Assembly (NCBI GenBank): GCA_963748815.1
Contig: CAVVKJ010000008.1
Span: 151,102 to 215,101 of the forward strand
DNA length: 64,000 bases
Direction: 5' to 3'
DNA from: an uncultured Gemmatimonadales bacterium
Lineage (GTDB): Bacteria > Gemmatimonadota > Gemmatimonadetes > Gemmatimonadales > GWC2-71-9
Of the stretch, positions 25,530-36,320 are shown in pieces (the stretch's first letter is position 1; every line of letters begins with the position of its first letter). Under the pieces are notes generated by a model. It was given only the letters and a program-made list of their open reading frames with translations. It searched no databases and was not told the DNA's origin. Both the position numbers and the translations under genes were made by a program.

Positions 25530-26423
25530 ATGGTGTTCGACACGCGGACAGTTCGGCCGCACGGTCGTGGCCGCAGTCCTGATGCTCGGCGCCTCCCTCG
25601 GGTCGCGGCGGCCCAGGAGGCCACCGAGTACAAGAACCACCTCTATGACAAGTGGCAGGTCGACGGCTGTCCTTCACGACGGTGCTGAACAACTCGGACG
25701 CCCGGGTGGACGGGTCCGATGGGAATGTCGGGACCAACATCAACTTCAAGGATCTCCTCGGCGTTTCCGGAAGCACGGTGCAGCCGGCGACTCAGGCTGG
25801 CGTGGAAGCCGGGGCGGAAGACGGAGTTCGACCTGGGCTACCAGTTCCTCAACACAAGCGGCAGCCGGGCGTTCTCCGATTCGCTGGTCATCGGTGACAA
25901 CGAGTTCTTTGGCGACATCGACCTGAACACGAAGCTCGGCTCGGACAACGCGACGCTCCAGTTCAAGTATTCGATCTTCGCCAAGGAACGGCACAACATC
26001 GGTCTCGCCATCGGGCTGGGCGCCATCTTCTTCAGCGCGGAGTTCGACGGCTCGGCCGAACGGCTGCGTCGGGGACGCCTGTGACAGCACCGGCGCCGGT
26101 CAGCCTCAAGAAGAAGCTCACCGGCCCGACGGCCTCGCTCGGCGCGTTCGGCAACTGGCGGTTGGGCGATCGCTGGTACATCGGGGGAGACGCCCGCGGA
26201 CTCGGCGCCCGGGTGGACCGGTTCGACGTCTCGATCTTCGAGGCGGATGCCAACCTGCGGTACTACCTGTCCAACCGGTGGGGGGCTGGGGCTGGGCTGG
26301 TACTACACCAACGTGACGGTCGACGTCGGCGCCAAGTCGGGCAGCGCGGCCGCGCAGGACCTGGTCGGCAAGCTCGCCTACAACTACACCAGCCTCCGGT
26401 TGGGCGTCGTCGCCGCCTTCTAG
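25530..26423 (+). pseudogene. Outer-membrane beta-barrel-like protein with multiple frameshifts
   Basis: GGAG RBS and ATG 25530; amphipathic beta-strand segments spread over several frames (ORFs 25652, 25719, 26081); ends ...LRLGVVAAF-TAG with terminal Phe. Confidence 0.65.
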
Positions 26424-28324
26424 GGCTCGATCGCTTCCTTCACTTCGCTCGCCGCGGCGATGGCCCCGTCCACGTCGCGGCTGAGCGCCCGGGCCTGCTG
26501 GGTGGCGTTCGTCAGGTCGCCCAGCACCGCCCCCACCCCCGCCGACTTCAGCCGCAACAGGTCGAACCGGACGTTCTGCATCGCCAGGATGCAGGACTCG
26601 AGGTTGGCCGCCACCTGGTCCCGCCGGCTCCGCAATTCCGTCAGCTGATTCTTCTGCCGCTCGAGGAGGCCGATCCGGCGAGCCCGTTCCTCGTCATCCG
26701 GCTCCCGCATGATGGCGGCAATCCGGTCCTCGATCCGGCTGAACCCGCCGGTCTCGAGGTTGGCGTCCATGGCGTGCAGCGTTTTGCCGAGATCGGTGGC
26801 CCGCGCAAAGAGGGCATCGGCCGTCTGGATGACCTCCGGCAGCATCTTCTTGTCCGAGGCCGGCAGCCGCTCCATCAGGCCCAGGATGGCGATGCGGTCG
26901 CGGTAGAGCTGCTGGATCTGCGGGAGGCCCACACCGTAGTCCGCCGCGGTCGGGGCGGGGAGGAGGCGAGGGAGCTTGCCGCCGCTCGACGTCAGCTTGG
27001 TTTCCGCGGAGTCGTGCGCCGCCGGGCGGCTCAGCACGTCCCGCCAGCTGTACCCCGACTGCCAGAGCGTCGCATAGCTCCGGAGGAGCGGAATCCCCAT
27101 GCCACCAATGACGAATAGCGACCATGGATTGCCAATCCCGGTGCCGATGTTCAGCAGCAAGCATCCGCCGCCGACGGCCGCCCAGCGCGCAAAGATCGCC
27201 CTGGTTTTCTGGACGATTTCCGGCTCGCCGGTATCGACCGGGGGACGGTCCTTGTCCTTCTTGTCGGCGTCCCACCGCGAGGAGCGGTCGGGGCGCAGCG
27301 CCTGTCCGTCCCGCCGCAGGGGTCGCCGCTCGCCCTGTCGCGCCGGAAGCGACCCGGCCAGCGGCCGGAGCGGACGCTCGGCGGTGGATGCCCGCGGCGA
27401 AGCCGTCCGGCCCGCCGTGCGCGACGCCTTCCACCCCGTACCGGTCGGCCGGTACCCGGTCACCGTGCGCGTCTCCAGCGCCCGGCGCAGCGCGTCGGCC
27501 GTGGGCCACCGGTTTTCCGGGTCCTTCTCCAGGCATCGGCTGATGGCGAGCGCGAGGTCCTCCGGCACATCGGGCCGCTTGAGCGTCACCAGCGGGGCGG
27601 CCTCGGTGATCTGCTTCATCAGGATGCCGGCCACCGTCGGTGCCTGGAACGGCAATTCCCCCGTCACCATCTGGTAGGCCACGATCCCGAGGCTGTACAC
27701 ATCGGAGCGTCCGTCGATCTCCCGCTCACCGGCCGCCTGCTCCGGACTCATGTAGGCGGGGGTCCCGATGGCCACCCCGGCGCCCGTCAGCGTCGCCCCG
27801 GAGCCGGCGGCGGAGAGCGCCTTGGCAATGCCGAAATCGGTCACCATGACCCGGCCCCGGGTGCCCTCGAGGAGGATGTTGTCGGGCTTGATGTCGCGGT
27901 GAACCACGGAAAAGGCGTGGGCGGCGCTGAGTGCGTCGGCCGTTTCCTTCATGATGCGGCGGACCTCTTCGGCGGGAAGCTGGCCGCGCCGCTTGATCCG
28001 GGCGCCGAGGGACTCACCGTCCACCAGGCCCATCACGAAATACACGAGCCCGCCGCCTTCATCGACGCCGTGAATCGGGACGATGTGCGGATGGGAGAGC
28101 CGGGCGGCGGTCTGCGCCTCGCGCATGAACCGCTGGCGGATTTCATCCTGGAAGGCGAGCTCGGGGGGGAGCACCTTGATGGCGACGCGCCGCTGTAGCC
28201 GCTCGTCGCGCGCCCGATAGACCACGCCCATGCCACCCCGACCGATCTCGCCTTCGATCGTATACGCGTCTCCCAGGGCCAGGCCGAGACGGGAGGCGAG
28301 AGGTGTTTCCTGGGGTGCGTTCAT
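26420..28324 (-). CDS. Hanks-type Ser/Thr protein kinase with 2 TM segments and helical C-terminal domain
   Basis: GRGGMGVVY, VAIK, HRDIKPDN, DFGIA, GTPAYMSPEQ, SDVYSLG; start placed at ATG 28324. Confidence 0.92.
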   Translation of the reverse strand: MNAPQETPLASRLGLALGDAYTIEGEIGRGGMGVVYRARDERLQRRVAIKVLPPELAFQDEIRQRFMREAQTAARLSHPHIVPIHGVDEGGGLVYFVMGLVDGESLGARIKRRGQLPAEEVRRIMKETADALSAAHAFSVVHRDIKPDNILLEGTRGRVMVTDFGIAKALSAAGSGATLTGAGVAIGTPAYMSPEQAAGEREIDGRSDVYSLGIVAYQMVTGELPFQAPTVAGILMKQITEAAPLVTLKRPDVPEDLALAISRCLEKDPENRWPTADALRRALETRTVTGYRPTGTGWKASRTAGRTASPRASTAERPLRPLAGSLPARQGERRPLRRDGQALRPDRSSRWDADKKDKDRPPVDTGEPEIVQKTRAIFARWAAVGGGCLLLNIGTGIGNPWSLFVIGGMGIPLLRSYATLWQSGYSWRDVLSRPAAHDSAETKLTSSGGKLPRLLPAPTAADYGVGLPQIQQLYRDRIAILGLMERLPASDKKMLPEVIQTADALFARATDLGKTLHAMDANLETGGFSRIEDRIAAIMREPDDEERARRIGLLERQKNQLTELRSRRDQVAANLESCILAMQNVRFDLLRLKSAGVGAVLGDLTNATQQARALSRDVDGAIAAASEVKEAIEP

Positions 28325-28561
28325 CGAGGCGCGAGCCCTCGCTGTGGGAGTCGAATCCAGGGCGTTCAACGGGAACACAACAATCTGTCGCGGTTCACCC
28401 GATAGGGCAACAATTTCGGGCAAGGAGAAGTACCGCTGCCGCTCACAAGGTCGGCCTGTCTCTTTGGCAGGGGGGTGGCCGGGTCGGGTGGTGTCTGTTC
28501 CGAATTGCACCCGCGCACCCCATACGGGGGCAGCTCTCAAAGAGATTCTGGCGCCTTCGTA

Positions 28562-28577
28562 TGGCACAGGGGGTGCA
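28562..28577 (+). promoter_or_regulatory. Putative sigma54 -24/-12 promoter for lon
   Basis: TGGCACAGGGGGTGCA has GG-N10-GC spacing, ~70 nt upstream of the lon ATG. Confidence 0.55.
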
Positions 28578-28647
28578 TTCTCGGTACTATCTGAGAGTTC
28601 CACCTGCCATTTTCGCCCTCGGTCGACGAGGGATGCGAGGATTTCCG

Positions 28648-31164
28648 ATGTCTGAACGCCTGACCATACCGGTCCTTCCCCTGCGGGATGTCGTGCTCTT
28701 CCCCGGCGTCACCGCACCGATCGGCGCGGGTCGCCCCGGCACTCTGCGGGCCATCGAAGCCGCCCTGGCCACACCCGAGAAGCTGGTCTTCGCGGTGTCT
28801 CAGCGCGAGAACGTCGAGCACGTCAACCCCGAAAACCTGTACACCATCGGCACCATCGCCCGGATCGGGCAGCTCCAGCGCGGGCTCGCCGGCATGCAGC
28901 TCCTGCTCCACGGCGAGCGGCGCGGGATCGCCATGCACATGGTGGAGAAGGACGGGTTCCTGCAGGCCGTTGTTCGCGACGCCGAGGAGCTGGCGCCGCT
29001 CGACCCCGACGATCCCGCCTTTCTGGCGCTGCACCGCGAGGCCCGGAGCCGGGCGGCGGAGCTGGGGCAGAAGTCGGGCCTTCCGGAGGAAGTGATCCAG
29101 CAGGTCCTCGCCGGCGTGCACGACGCCGCGCGGTTCTCCGACCTCGTCGCCGGGTATGTCGACATCACCCCCGTGCAGCGCCAGACGCTTTTGGAGACGC
29201 TGTCGGTCGAGGACCGTCTCCGCCGCCTGCTGGTCCACATCCAGCGCCAGATCGGGTTGGTCGACGCGCAGGAGGACATCAAGTCGCAGGTGCAGGAGGA
29301 ACTCGGCGAGCGCCAGCGGGAAATGTTCCTCCGCGAGCAGATGAAGACGATCCGCCGCGAGCTGGGCGAAGACGACGAGTCCGATGACATGGAGGAGTTG
29401 CGCACCAAGCTCGCGGCGCTTGCGTTGCCCGACGCCGCTCGCCGCGAGGTGGACCGCGAGCTCGGCCGCCTCGGCCGCATCGCGCGGGAGTCGATGGAGT
29501 CACAGGTCATCCGGACCTACCTGGAAACGATCCTGGAGCTGCCCTGGTCGACGCGCAGCGACGAGCATCTCGACCTCGCCGAGGCCCAGCGCATCCTCGA
29601 CGAAGACCACTACGCCCTCGGCGACGTGAAGGATCGGGTGTTGGAGTTTCTCGCGGTGCGGCAGCTCCGCGAGGCGGGGAAGCGGGACAGCGGGGAAGCG
29701 GGGAAGCCCGAGGTTGCGCATGACACCCGGGTCCCGACTGCGGAACCGGAACAGGTGACGCCTCCCCGCGTCCCCGCGTCCCCGCCCAGTCGCGCCGACG
29801 GCGCGAAAGGTCCCATCCTCCTCTTCGTCGGCCCCCCCGGCGTCGGCAAGACTTCGGTGGCCAAGTCCATCGCGCGCGCCATGGGGCGCGAGTACGTCCG
29901 GATTTCGCTCGGCGGTGCGCGCGACGAGGCCGACATTCGCGGGCACCGGCGCACCTACGTTGGGGCGATGACGGGCCGCATCCTCAACGGGATGCGCCAG
30001 GCCGGCACCCGGAACCCCGTTTTCCTCCTCGACGAGGTCGACAAGCTGAGCGTCTCCTTCCAGGGTGACCCGGCGGCGGCGCTCCTCGAGGTCCTCGATC
30101 CGGCGCAGAATGACTCGTTCGTCGATCACTACCTCGGCGTGCCGTTCGACCTGAGCGAAGTCCTCTTCATCGCAACCGCCAACTTCCCGCAGAACATCCC
30201 GGCGCCGCTGCTGGACCGGATGGAAACGGTGGAGTTCAGCGGGTACACCGAGCGGGAAAAGCTTGTTATCGCGCGGAACTTCCTCATCCCGCGCCAGCTG
30301 GAGGAGAACGGCCTCTCCACCGAGCAGATCGAACTGACCGAGGGCGCCCTGCAGGAGGTCATCTCAAGCTACACGCGAGAGGCGGGCGTCCGGCAACTGG
30401 AGCGGGAGCTCGGCAAGCTGTCCCGGAAGGTGGCCCGTCGCATCGCGGCCAGAGAGGTCGAGCGGGTCACGGTGGACCACCAGGTCGTCGACGACCTGCT
30501 CGGGCGTCCGCGGGTGTTTCCCGAGCGCGCCGCCCGCGAGGACCAGGTCGGCGTGGCCACGGGGATGTACTACTCCACAACCGGCGGCGACATCATGTTC
30601 GTCGAGGCGTCGGTCATGCGCGGCAAGGGGGAACTGACCCTGACCGGGCAGCTTGGCGACGTCATGAAGGAGTCGGCCCGGGCCGCCTGGACGTACGCCC
30701 GGTCACACGCCGCCGGACTGCACATCAAGGAAGACATGTTCGAACGGGATCTCCACATCCACGTGCCGGCGGGCGCCATTCCGAAGGACGGCCCCTCGGC
30801 CGGTGTGACGATGGCCACCGCCCTCGTCTCGGCGATGTCCGGCCGGCCGGTGCGCAACGACATCGCGATGACCGGCGAAATCACGCTCCGCGGTCACGTC
30901 CTGCCGATCGGCGGCGTGAAGGAAAAGGTGCTCGGGGCGGTACGCGCGGGCATTACCAAGATCGTGCTGCCGCGCAAGAACGAACCCGACCTCGAGGACC
31001 TGCCCGAGGAAGTACGGAAATTGATCGAGGTGTTTCCGGTCGACAGCCTGGGGGAGGTGTTGGCGTTGACCCTTCGCGGCGCGTCGCTGCGGGAAGGGCG
31101 CCTGCTCTTCGGGGACGAGAATCCGCGGGACGTCGCGCCGCTGGTGGAACGGTTCGCGCACTAG
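28648..31164 (+). CDS. lon: ATP-dependent Lon protease
   Basis: [13 protein letters not shown]-domain, [24 protein letters not shown] (catalytic Ser), IGGVKEK. Confidence 0.96.
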   Translation: MSERLTIPVLPLRDVVLFPGVTAPIGAGRPGTLRAIEAALATPEKLVFAVSQRENVEHVNPENLYTIGTIARIGQLQRGLAGMQLLLHGERRGIAMHMVEKDGFLQAVVRDAEELAPLDPDDPAFLALHREARSRAAELGQKSGLPEEVIQQVLAGVHDAARFSDLVAGYVDITPVQRQTLLETLSVEDRLRRLLVHIQRQIGLVDAQEDIKSQVQEELGERQREMFLREQMKTIRRELGEDDESDDMEELRTKLAALALPDAARREVDRELGRLGRIARESMESQVIRTYLETILELPWSTRSDEHLDLAEAQRILDEDHYALGDVKDRVLEFLAVRQLREAGKRDSGEAGKPEVAHDTRVPTAEPEQVTPPRVPASPPSRADGAKGPILLFVGPPGVGKTSVAKSIARAMGREYVRISLGGARDEADIRGHRRTYVGAMTGRILNGMRQAGTRNPVFLLDEVDKLSVSFQGDPAAALLEVLDPAQNDSFVDHYLGVPFDLSEVLFIATANFPQNIPAPLLDRMETVEFSGYTEREKLVIARNFLIPRQLEENGLSTEQIELTEGALQEVISSYTREAGVRQLERELGKLSRKVARRIAAREVERVTVDHQVVDDLLGRPRVFPERAAREDQVGVATGMYYSTTGGDIMFVEASVMRGKGELTLTGQLGDVMKESARAAWTYARSHAAGLHIKEDMFERDLHIHVPAGAIPKDGPSAGVTMATALVSAMSGRPVRNDIAMTGEITLRGHVLPIGGVKEKVLGAVRAGITKIVLPRKNEPDLEDLPEEVRKLIEVFPVDSLGEVLALTLRGASLREGRLLFGDENPRDVAPLVERFAH

Positions 31165-31168
31165 GCGG

Positions 31169-31489
31169 CTATTCCACTCCCCCGTTCGCGAAGGCCACTG
31201 CAATCTCCTGGATGCCCGCCTGGACCTCGGCCAGACGGGCAGGGGTCCAGTGGGGTTCGCTCCGGAGCAGCCGCTCCAACTCCCGCGCCGTCGCGCTGAC
31301 CTGCGGAAATCCGTACGCCCCGCCCGAGCCGGCCAGCCGGTGAAAGAGCACCGTCAGGCCAGTCTCCGCCCCGTCCTCCCCCGCCGCGAGCGCCTCCAGG
31401 CCCCGCTGCAACTCTGCGACCCGGGCGGAGCTCCCCGCATGGTACTCCCGTCGCAATTCCCGGAGCGCCTCCGCCACCGGATCGTTCAC
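31169..31489 (-). CDS. Stand-alone Hpt (histidine phosphotransfer) domain protein
   Basis: FHRLAGSGGAYGF motif; start overlaps upstream stop. Confidence 0.85.
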   Translation of the reverse strand: MNDPVAEALRELRREYHAGSSARVAELQRGLEALAAGEDGAETGLTVLFHRLAGSGGAYGFPQVSATARELERLLRSEPHWTPARLAEVQAGIQEIAVAFANGGVE

Positions 31490-32172
31490 GGCGCTGTCCC
31501 GAACCGCTCGAAGGCCAGCACTGCGGCCGCGACGAACGCCGGCGCGGTACTCCAGTGGCCAAGGACATCCGCGCCCACCCGGGCGGCCATGACCGCGCTC
31601 TTCTCATCGACGACCGCCACGAGCGGTTGACCGGGCCACTGGTGCCCGGAGTGCGCGAGGCCGACCTCGGCGAAAGGAAGATCGACCGGTTCCAGCGCAC
31701 GGAGGTGGAGGGTGACCCCTGAGCCCGCGGCCTTGCGGAGCGACGGCGTGAGGATGGGGTAGGCGTCGGCGGGTGCCAGGAGCCGAACGGACGTCGTGGC
31801 GCGACCGACATCGTGGGCGATCAGCTGCAGCGAACCGCGCGCCGATTCGATCTCGACCAGCGTGGGGGACTCGGGGACCGATATCTCGGCCAGGTGCTCA
31901 CGCAACGCATCGAGCGCCTGGCCATGTTCGCTCGCGATCCGCGCCACGAGCGCGGTCGGGGCCTCGGGACGATACCGCTTCGGGCGCGTGCCTTCGACAC
32001 GAGCCGCGCCCTTGCTGACGAGCCCCTCGAGAGCGCTGTAGGCGTTCGCTCGCGCGAGGCTCGCCGCACGGGCGATCCCGTAGCCGGTACCCGGCCCGGT
32101 GGTCAGGAGCACCTGGTAGACCAGGCTCTCGGTCGGGGTGAACCCGAACGGCATGAGATTGAGGGTACGCAT
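31486..32172 (-). CDS. TrmB family transcriptional regulator
   Basis: FGFTPTESLVYQVLL...ARANAYSALEGLVSKG winged HTH; PKRYRP. Confidence 0.85.
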   Translation of the reverse strand: MRTLNLMPFGFTPTESLVYQVLLTTGPGTGYGIARAASLARANAYSALEGLVSKGAARVEGTRPKRYRPEAPTALVARIASEHGQALDALREHLAEISVPESPTLVEIESARGSLQLIAHDVGRATTSVRLLAPADAYPILTPSLRKAAGSGVTLHLRALEPVDLPFAEVGLAHSGHQWPGQPLVAVVDEKSAVMAARVGADVLGHWSTAPAFVAAAVLAFERFGTAP

Positions 32173-32278
32173 GGAGAGTAGTATGGGATGGGACTACTGT
32201 GCTGGCAAGGGGTTGTGCCTCTGACAGCAAACGAAAGGGGCGCAAAGCATTGCGCCCCCACCCCTCCGCTTCAATATT

Positions 32279-32318
32279 CGCTTCCCCGCTTCCCCGCTTC
32301 CCCGCTGCCCCGCTTCCG
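32279..32318. repeat. (CTTCCCCG)n octamer tandem repeat
   Basis: cgcttccccgcttccccgcttccccgctgccccgcttccg, next to a hairpin at ~32236-32259. Confidence 0.8.
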
Positions 32319-32322
32319 AACC

Positions 32323-33480
32323 CTACACCATTTCCAACTCCCACCCCAGGTGCTTCGCTATGAGGGCGAGCCGAAACGTCAGGTCCACTTGCCGTGATTC
32401 CGCCGTCTTGGTTTCCGTGGCGAGCGGGAACATGTGATACGCGATCCGGTTGGTGCCCTTCGGGAGGCTCCGAAGACCCTTCGGATGCCAGACGCCCGTC
32501 TCGTCGCAGTCCCTCAGGAGGCGGCCAAGGACCTTGGTGGCGACGGGCGCGGTGTGGAGCGCGCCGATCCGTGCGAGGAGTTCGATGTAGTGCAGCGCGA
32601 GCGGGACGTCCTTCGCGACTCCCTTGCCATCGGCCTCGATCGGGTCACCGAGGAGGAGGTGCTGGGGCTTGAAGGTCTTCTTCCCGACATGAAGCCAGTA
32701 GGACTTCTTCGGCGCCGGCTGAGCCAAATAGGTGCCCAGCCGTTCGGTGAAGCCTGCACGCTCACGCTGGAGTGAGGGCATGGCCGCCACCATCGCCACG
32801 GAATACCAGCTCGGCGGATACGCCTCCGGGTGGAGGATCGTCTTGGCGCCCGCCTTCACGAACGGCTTCTCGGAGAGTGGGCTGCGCAGGAACTGCGACA
32901 CTGCGCTGGCCACCTTGTGTGCGGAGCCGCGGAGTCGCGGGTCCTCGATGTGGCCTGCCTCGGCCAGGGCGGCGCAGGACGCCTCGCGGATGACCCAGCG
33001 GGCCCAGGACTCGGCGTGCGCATCCCCCGCGGCCATCTTCTTGAACTCGAAGAGCAGGGCGGGGTCGTCGTCGCGAGAGAGCAGGCGGAAGAGGAGCCGG
33101 TCGGCGAGCTTGAACGGCCGCCCGCTGAGCGGAAAGCCCATCTGGAGCAGTCGGCGGTATTGCGGGATGGTGCCGACGTCCTTGATGCCGGTGGTCTTGG
33201 AGGGCGCCAGGCCGAGCAGGTTGCCTGCCCAGACGCCGGTGTCCTTCTGCTTCTTGACGACGGAGGCGACGGGCTTGACCTCCAGCAGCGCCTGATGGGC
33301 GGCCTCGACGGCCGCCGGGTCCGCGGAGCCGGCCGGCGCCAGCTCCGTGAGGGAGCGGTAGCGGATGATCTCGCCGCCGTGCTGGAGCAGCCAGGTGAGC
33401 GGCACGCGGTGCTGCGATGGGAGTTCCAGAGAGGCTCCAGGTCGGAGTGATTCCGAGGAGAAACGCCCGCGAAAGTACAC
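32323..33480 (-). CDS. Hypothetical protein (start uncertain)
   Basis: 385-aa ORF with GC3-biased codons; no motif confidently recognised. Confidence 0.7.
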   Translation of the reverse strand: MYFRGRFSSESLRPGASLELPSQHRVPLTWLLQHGGEIIRYRSLTELAPAGSADPAAVEAAHQALLEVKPVASVVKKQKDTGVWAGNLLGLAPSKTTGIKDVGTIPQYRRLLQMGFPLSGRPFKLADRLLFRLLSRDDDPALLFEFKKMAAGDAHAESWARWVIREASCAALAEAGHIEDPRLRGSAHKVASAVSQFLRSPLSEKPFVKAGAKTILHPEAYPPSWYSVAMVAAMPSLQRERAGFTERLGTYLAQPAPKKSYWLHVGKKTFKPQHLLLGDPIEADGKGVAKDVPLALHYIELLARIGALHTAPVATKVLGRLLRDCDETGVWHPKGLRSLPKGTNRIAYHMFPLATETKTAESRQVDLTFRLALIAKHLGWELEMV

Positions 33481-33584
33481 CGGATGCCGGTACAGGTCTA
33501 GGGGGAGTCCTGATTCGGTCAGGGGCGTCGGGGTGGTGACGAACAGACGTAAGTTCCTATGACACAGCGTGTTGCATAAGTGAA

Positions 33585-33614
33585 AATGGGGAGCCCGATC
33601 TCGGGCTCCCCATT
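33585..33614 (-). terminator. Rho-independent terminator-like hairpin downstream of the M28 peptidase
   Basis: aatggggagcccga-tc-tcgggctccccatt perfect stem, followed by a short T-run on the minus strand. Confidence 0.7.
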
Positions 33615-33663
33615 CTGTTGTGGTGTCATAGTGGTGCGACAGTGACGCGTCGCTGTGTGTATA

Positions 33664-35340
33664 CTATTTCGATGTGGCTGCCTTCAGGCGCGCTTCGCCG
33701 ACCGCCCGGAACTCCGAATCGACATCCCAGGTCGGCTGGGCGGAACCATCGGCGGCATAGATGGCTGTCCGCAGTCCGACCCGGGTCTCGGGAAGCACTC
33801 CGTCGAGGGAGTACCACGAGCCAAACTCATCCTGCGGCCGGTGATATCGCTTGGTCGTGTACTCCTCCTGCACCTTCTTCGCGTAGTCCTTGGGACGGCC
33901 GACGAAGTCGCTGCCCGGTTCGAACGAAAGGGAGGGAATCCCCGCCCGGGCGAAGGGGAAATTGTCGGAGCGGAAGAAGGTGCCGCGGAACATTCCGGCC
34001 GAGTCTTCCGTCACCTGCAGTCCTTCCAATCGGGCGGCCGCCTGCAGCGCGCCAAGGAGCGACGATTGATCGGAGCCGTTGGCTGCGATGTCCCGCGCGC
34101 GCCCGTACAGGTTCGCGCCGTCGAAGTTGAGCATGGCCGCCACGTTCCGGAGGGGCATGAACGGCCGGTCGATCATCGCCTGGGAACCGAGCAGGCCGGA
34201 TTCCTCACCGCCGAACGCCGCGAACAGGATCGACCGTTTCCCCTTCAGCTCCGCGCGGTTCATCGCCTCGGCGATGGCGAGCATCTCGGCGACGCCCGCG
34301 GCGTTGTCTCGCGCCCCGTTGTAGATCGAGTCGCCGTCGACCGGCTTCCCGATGCCAAGGTGATCGTAGTGCGCGCCCAGAACCACCACTTCCTGTGCCA
34401 GTGGCCCGCCGGTGCCCGGGAGGCGGCCGAGGACGTTGTACATCGTGGTCCGGGTCATCGGGGCGCGGACTGTGGCCACGACACGCGTCGGCAGTTCGTA
34501 GCCGACGAAGCCCTGTTTCCCCGCCAGCGTCATCGCCTGCTGGAGGTCTCCCCCCGCCGCCTTGAAGGCGCGCGCCATCACGTCGTGCTGGACCCAGCCC
34601 GCGACCTTGAGGGAGGTCGGGGCCGTCTCCAGCCGGACCTGCGGGCCGCTGTAGCTGCCCTCCACGACGGCCCACGGGTACGTCGCGCTCTCGTCGGTGT
34701 GAATCAGCAGCACACCCGCCGCCCCCTGCCGCGCCGCCTCCTCGTACTTGTAGGTCCACCGCGCGTAATAGGTCAGCACCTTCCCCTTGAAGGTGGACGG
34801 ATCGCGGAGGCCGGGATCGTTGACCATGACCGCGACGATCTTCCCTTTCACATCCACGTTCGCATAGTCGTTCCACCCATACTCCGGCGCCACGATGCCG
34901 TACCCCGCGAAGACCAGCGGTGCGTCGACGGTCACGAGCGAGTCCCAGCGCATCGGCCCGAGCACGAAGTCGGTCGGGTAGGCCAACTCCGAGGCCCCGA
35001 GGGCGAGCGTCGGTTCCGGCGTGAAGGTGATCACCGGCACTTCGAAGAAGTAGGTGCCGTCGTCACCCGCGGGCTCGAGGCCGAGCCGCATGTACTGGGC
35101 GGCGATGTAGCGGGCGGCGATATCGCCGCCCCGGGTTCCGGAGCCCCGTCCTTCCAGGGCGTCGCTCGCCAGAAAGTCGATATGGGCGCGGATGACCTCG
35201 GTGGAAACCGCCCGCGCAGCCTTGTCGACCCCGGTCTGCGCATGGGCGGCAGCGACCGGGGCGAGGAGGCACAGGGACAGGGCGTGCACCGCATGTCTTC
35301 GGATGGCAATCAACTCGTTCACTCCTCTGGCTGGCTGCAC
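33664..35340 (-). CDS. Secreted M28 peptidase with PA domain (start probably slightly downstream)
   Basis: LASDALEGR, GAHYDHLG, GARDNAAG, GEESGLLGS, RSDNFPF, YHRPQDE. Confidence 0.9.
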   Translation of the reverse strand: MQPARGVNELIAIRRHAVHALSLCLLAPVAAAHAQTGVDKAARAVSTEVIRAHIDFLASDALEGRGSGTRGGDIAARYIAAQYMRLGLEPAGDDGTYFFEVPVITFTPEPTLALGASELAYPTDFVLGPMRWDSLVTVDAPLVFAGYGIVAPEYGWNDYANVDVKGKIVAVMVNDPGLRDPSTFKGKVLTYYARWTYKYEEAARQGAAGVLLIHTDESATYPWAVVEGSYSGPQVRLETAPTSLKVAGWVQHDVMARAFKAAGGDLQQAMTLAGKQGFVGYELPTRVVATVRAPMTRTTMYNVLGRLPGTGGPLAQEVVVLGAHYDHLGIGKPVDGDSIYNGARDNAAGVAEMLAIAEAMNRAELKGKRSILFAAFGGEESGLLGSQAMIDRPFMPLRNVAAMLNFDGANLYGRARDIAANGSDQSSLLGALQAAARLEGLQVTEDSAGMFRGTFFRSDNFPFARAGIPSLSFEPGSDFVGRPKDYAKKVQEEYTTKRYHRPQDEFGSWYSLDGVLPETRVGLRTAIYAADGSAQPTWDVDSEFRAVGEARLKAATSK

Positions 35341-36224
35341 TCGATTAGGTACAGGGTGCCGGGGCTGGTCGAACTGGACTCGCTGGTCAGGAGGAGGCGG
35401 CGCTCATCCAGCCAGGTGACCCCCTCGCCCTGCGGCTCGATGGGGCCGAAGAAGCACTCCAGCCCGTGGTCGGGGGCGAGCCGCCCGCCGGCCTCGACGG
35501 TAAAGAAGAAGACGGCGGAGTAGGTGCGCACCGCCACCCGGGTACCGTTCGGAGAGAGGGCAGCGTCGCTGACCCAATGCCCGATGCTGATGTCCGGCGT
35601 GATCGGCAGCGAGTCCACGCGCACCGGCACGGCCGGGCCGCTCGCTGACCAGGCGCTCGCCGGGAGGTGGAAGAGGAGCATCCCCTTGGTCCGCCCCTTC
35701 GACACGAAGAACAGGTCACCCGCGGCGTCGGCGTAGATCGCCTCGACGTCGTGCGGCCCGTCAGGGTAACGGATGCTGAGCGATTCGGCGGGCGCCGTGA
35801 CCCCCAGTTCACCCTTGGCCAGCGCGTCGACCCTGGGCTCCGGAATCCGGTACAGCGTGACGCTCGGCCTGGTCTCGGGGTTGTCGCCGATGTCGCCGAT
35901 GATCAGGCACTGGCCGGCCGGGCAGGGCGAGGTGGTCAGGGTCTCCCAGTCGAAATTGCGGGCGCCCTCCACCCGAAAGGTGCCGAGCGAACGACCGGTC
36001 GAATCGACGGCGTAGACCCACGGGGCGTTCCCGGAATCGTTCAGGGTCCAGATGACGCCTGGCTGCGCGCGACTGGCCGCCGCGGCCGATGCCTCGGAGA
36101 GGGTGCTGTCTTCGAACGTACCCAGCCGGACGATTTGGGTGGGTGGGGTGATCTTCCACGGCGACTGCGCAGCCGCGGGCGTCGCCGCGAGCACGGCGAC
36201 GAGGGTTAGGGTCAGGGGGTGCAT
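35319..36224 (-). CDS. Secreted hypothetical protein (beta-propeller-like)
   Basis: Signal peptide; WTLNDSG, DWE, IGDIGDN, DVEA, PQGEGVTW motifs. Confidence 0.75.
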   Translation of the reverse strand: MHPLTLTLVAVLAATPAAAQSPWKITPPTQIVRLGTFEDSTLSEASAAAASRAQPGVIWTLNDSGNAPWVYAVDSTGRSLGTFRVEGARNFDWETLTTSPCPAGQCLIIGDIGDNPETRPSVTLYRIPEPRVDALAKGELGVTAPAESLSIRYPDGPHDVEAIYADAAGDLFFVSKGRTKGMLLFHLPASAWSASGPAVPVRVDSLPITPDISIGHWVSDAALSPNGTRVAVRTYSAVFFFTVEAGGRLAPDHGLECFFGPIEPQGEGVTWLDERRLLLTSESSSTSPGTLYLIECSQPEE

Positions 36225-36320
36225 GGCCTGTATTCTAGTCCGCCCCGCGCCCTACGCAAACAATCCTTGCTCCGGCCCCGCCGAGCGGGCATTTTGAGGC
36301 AACCAGGAGAATGCCTGCCC

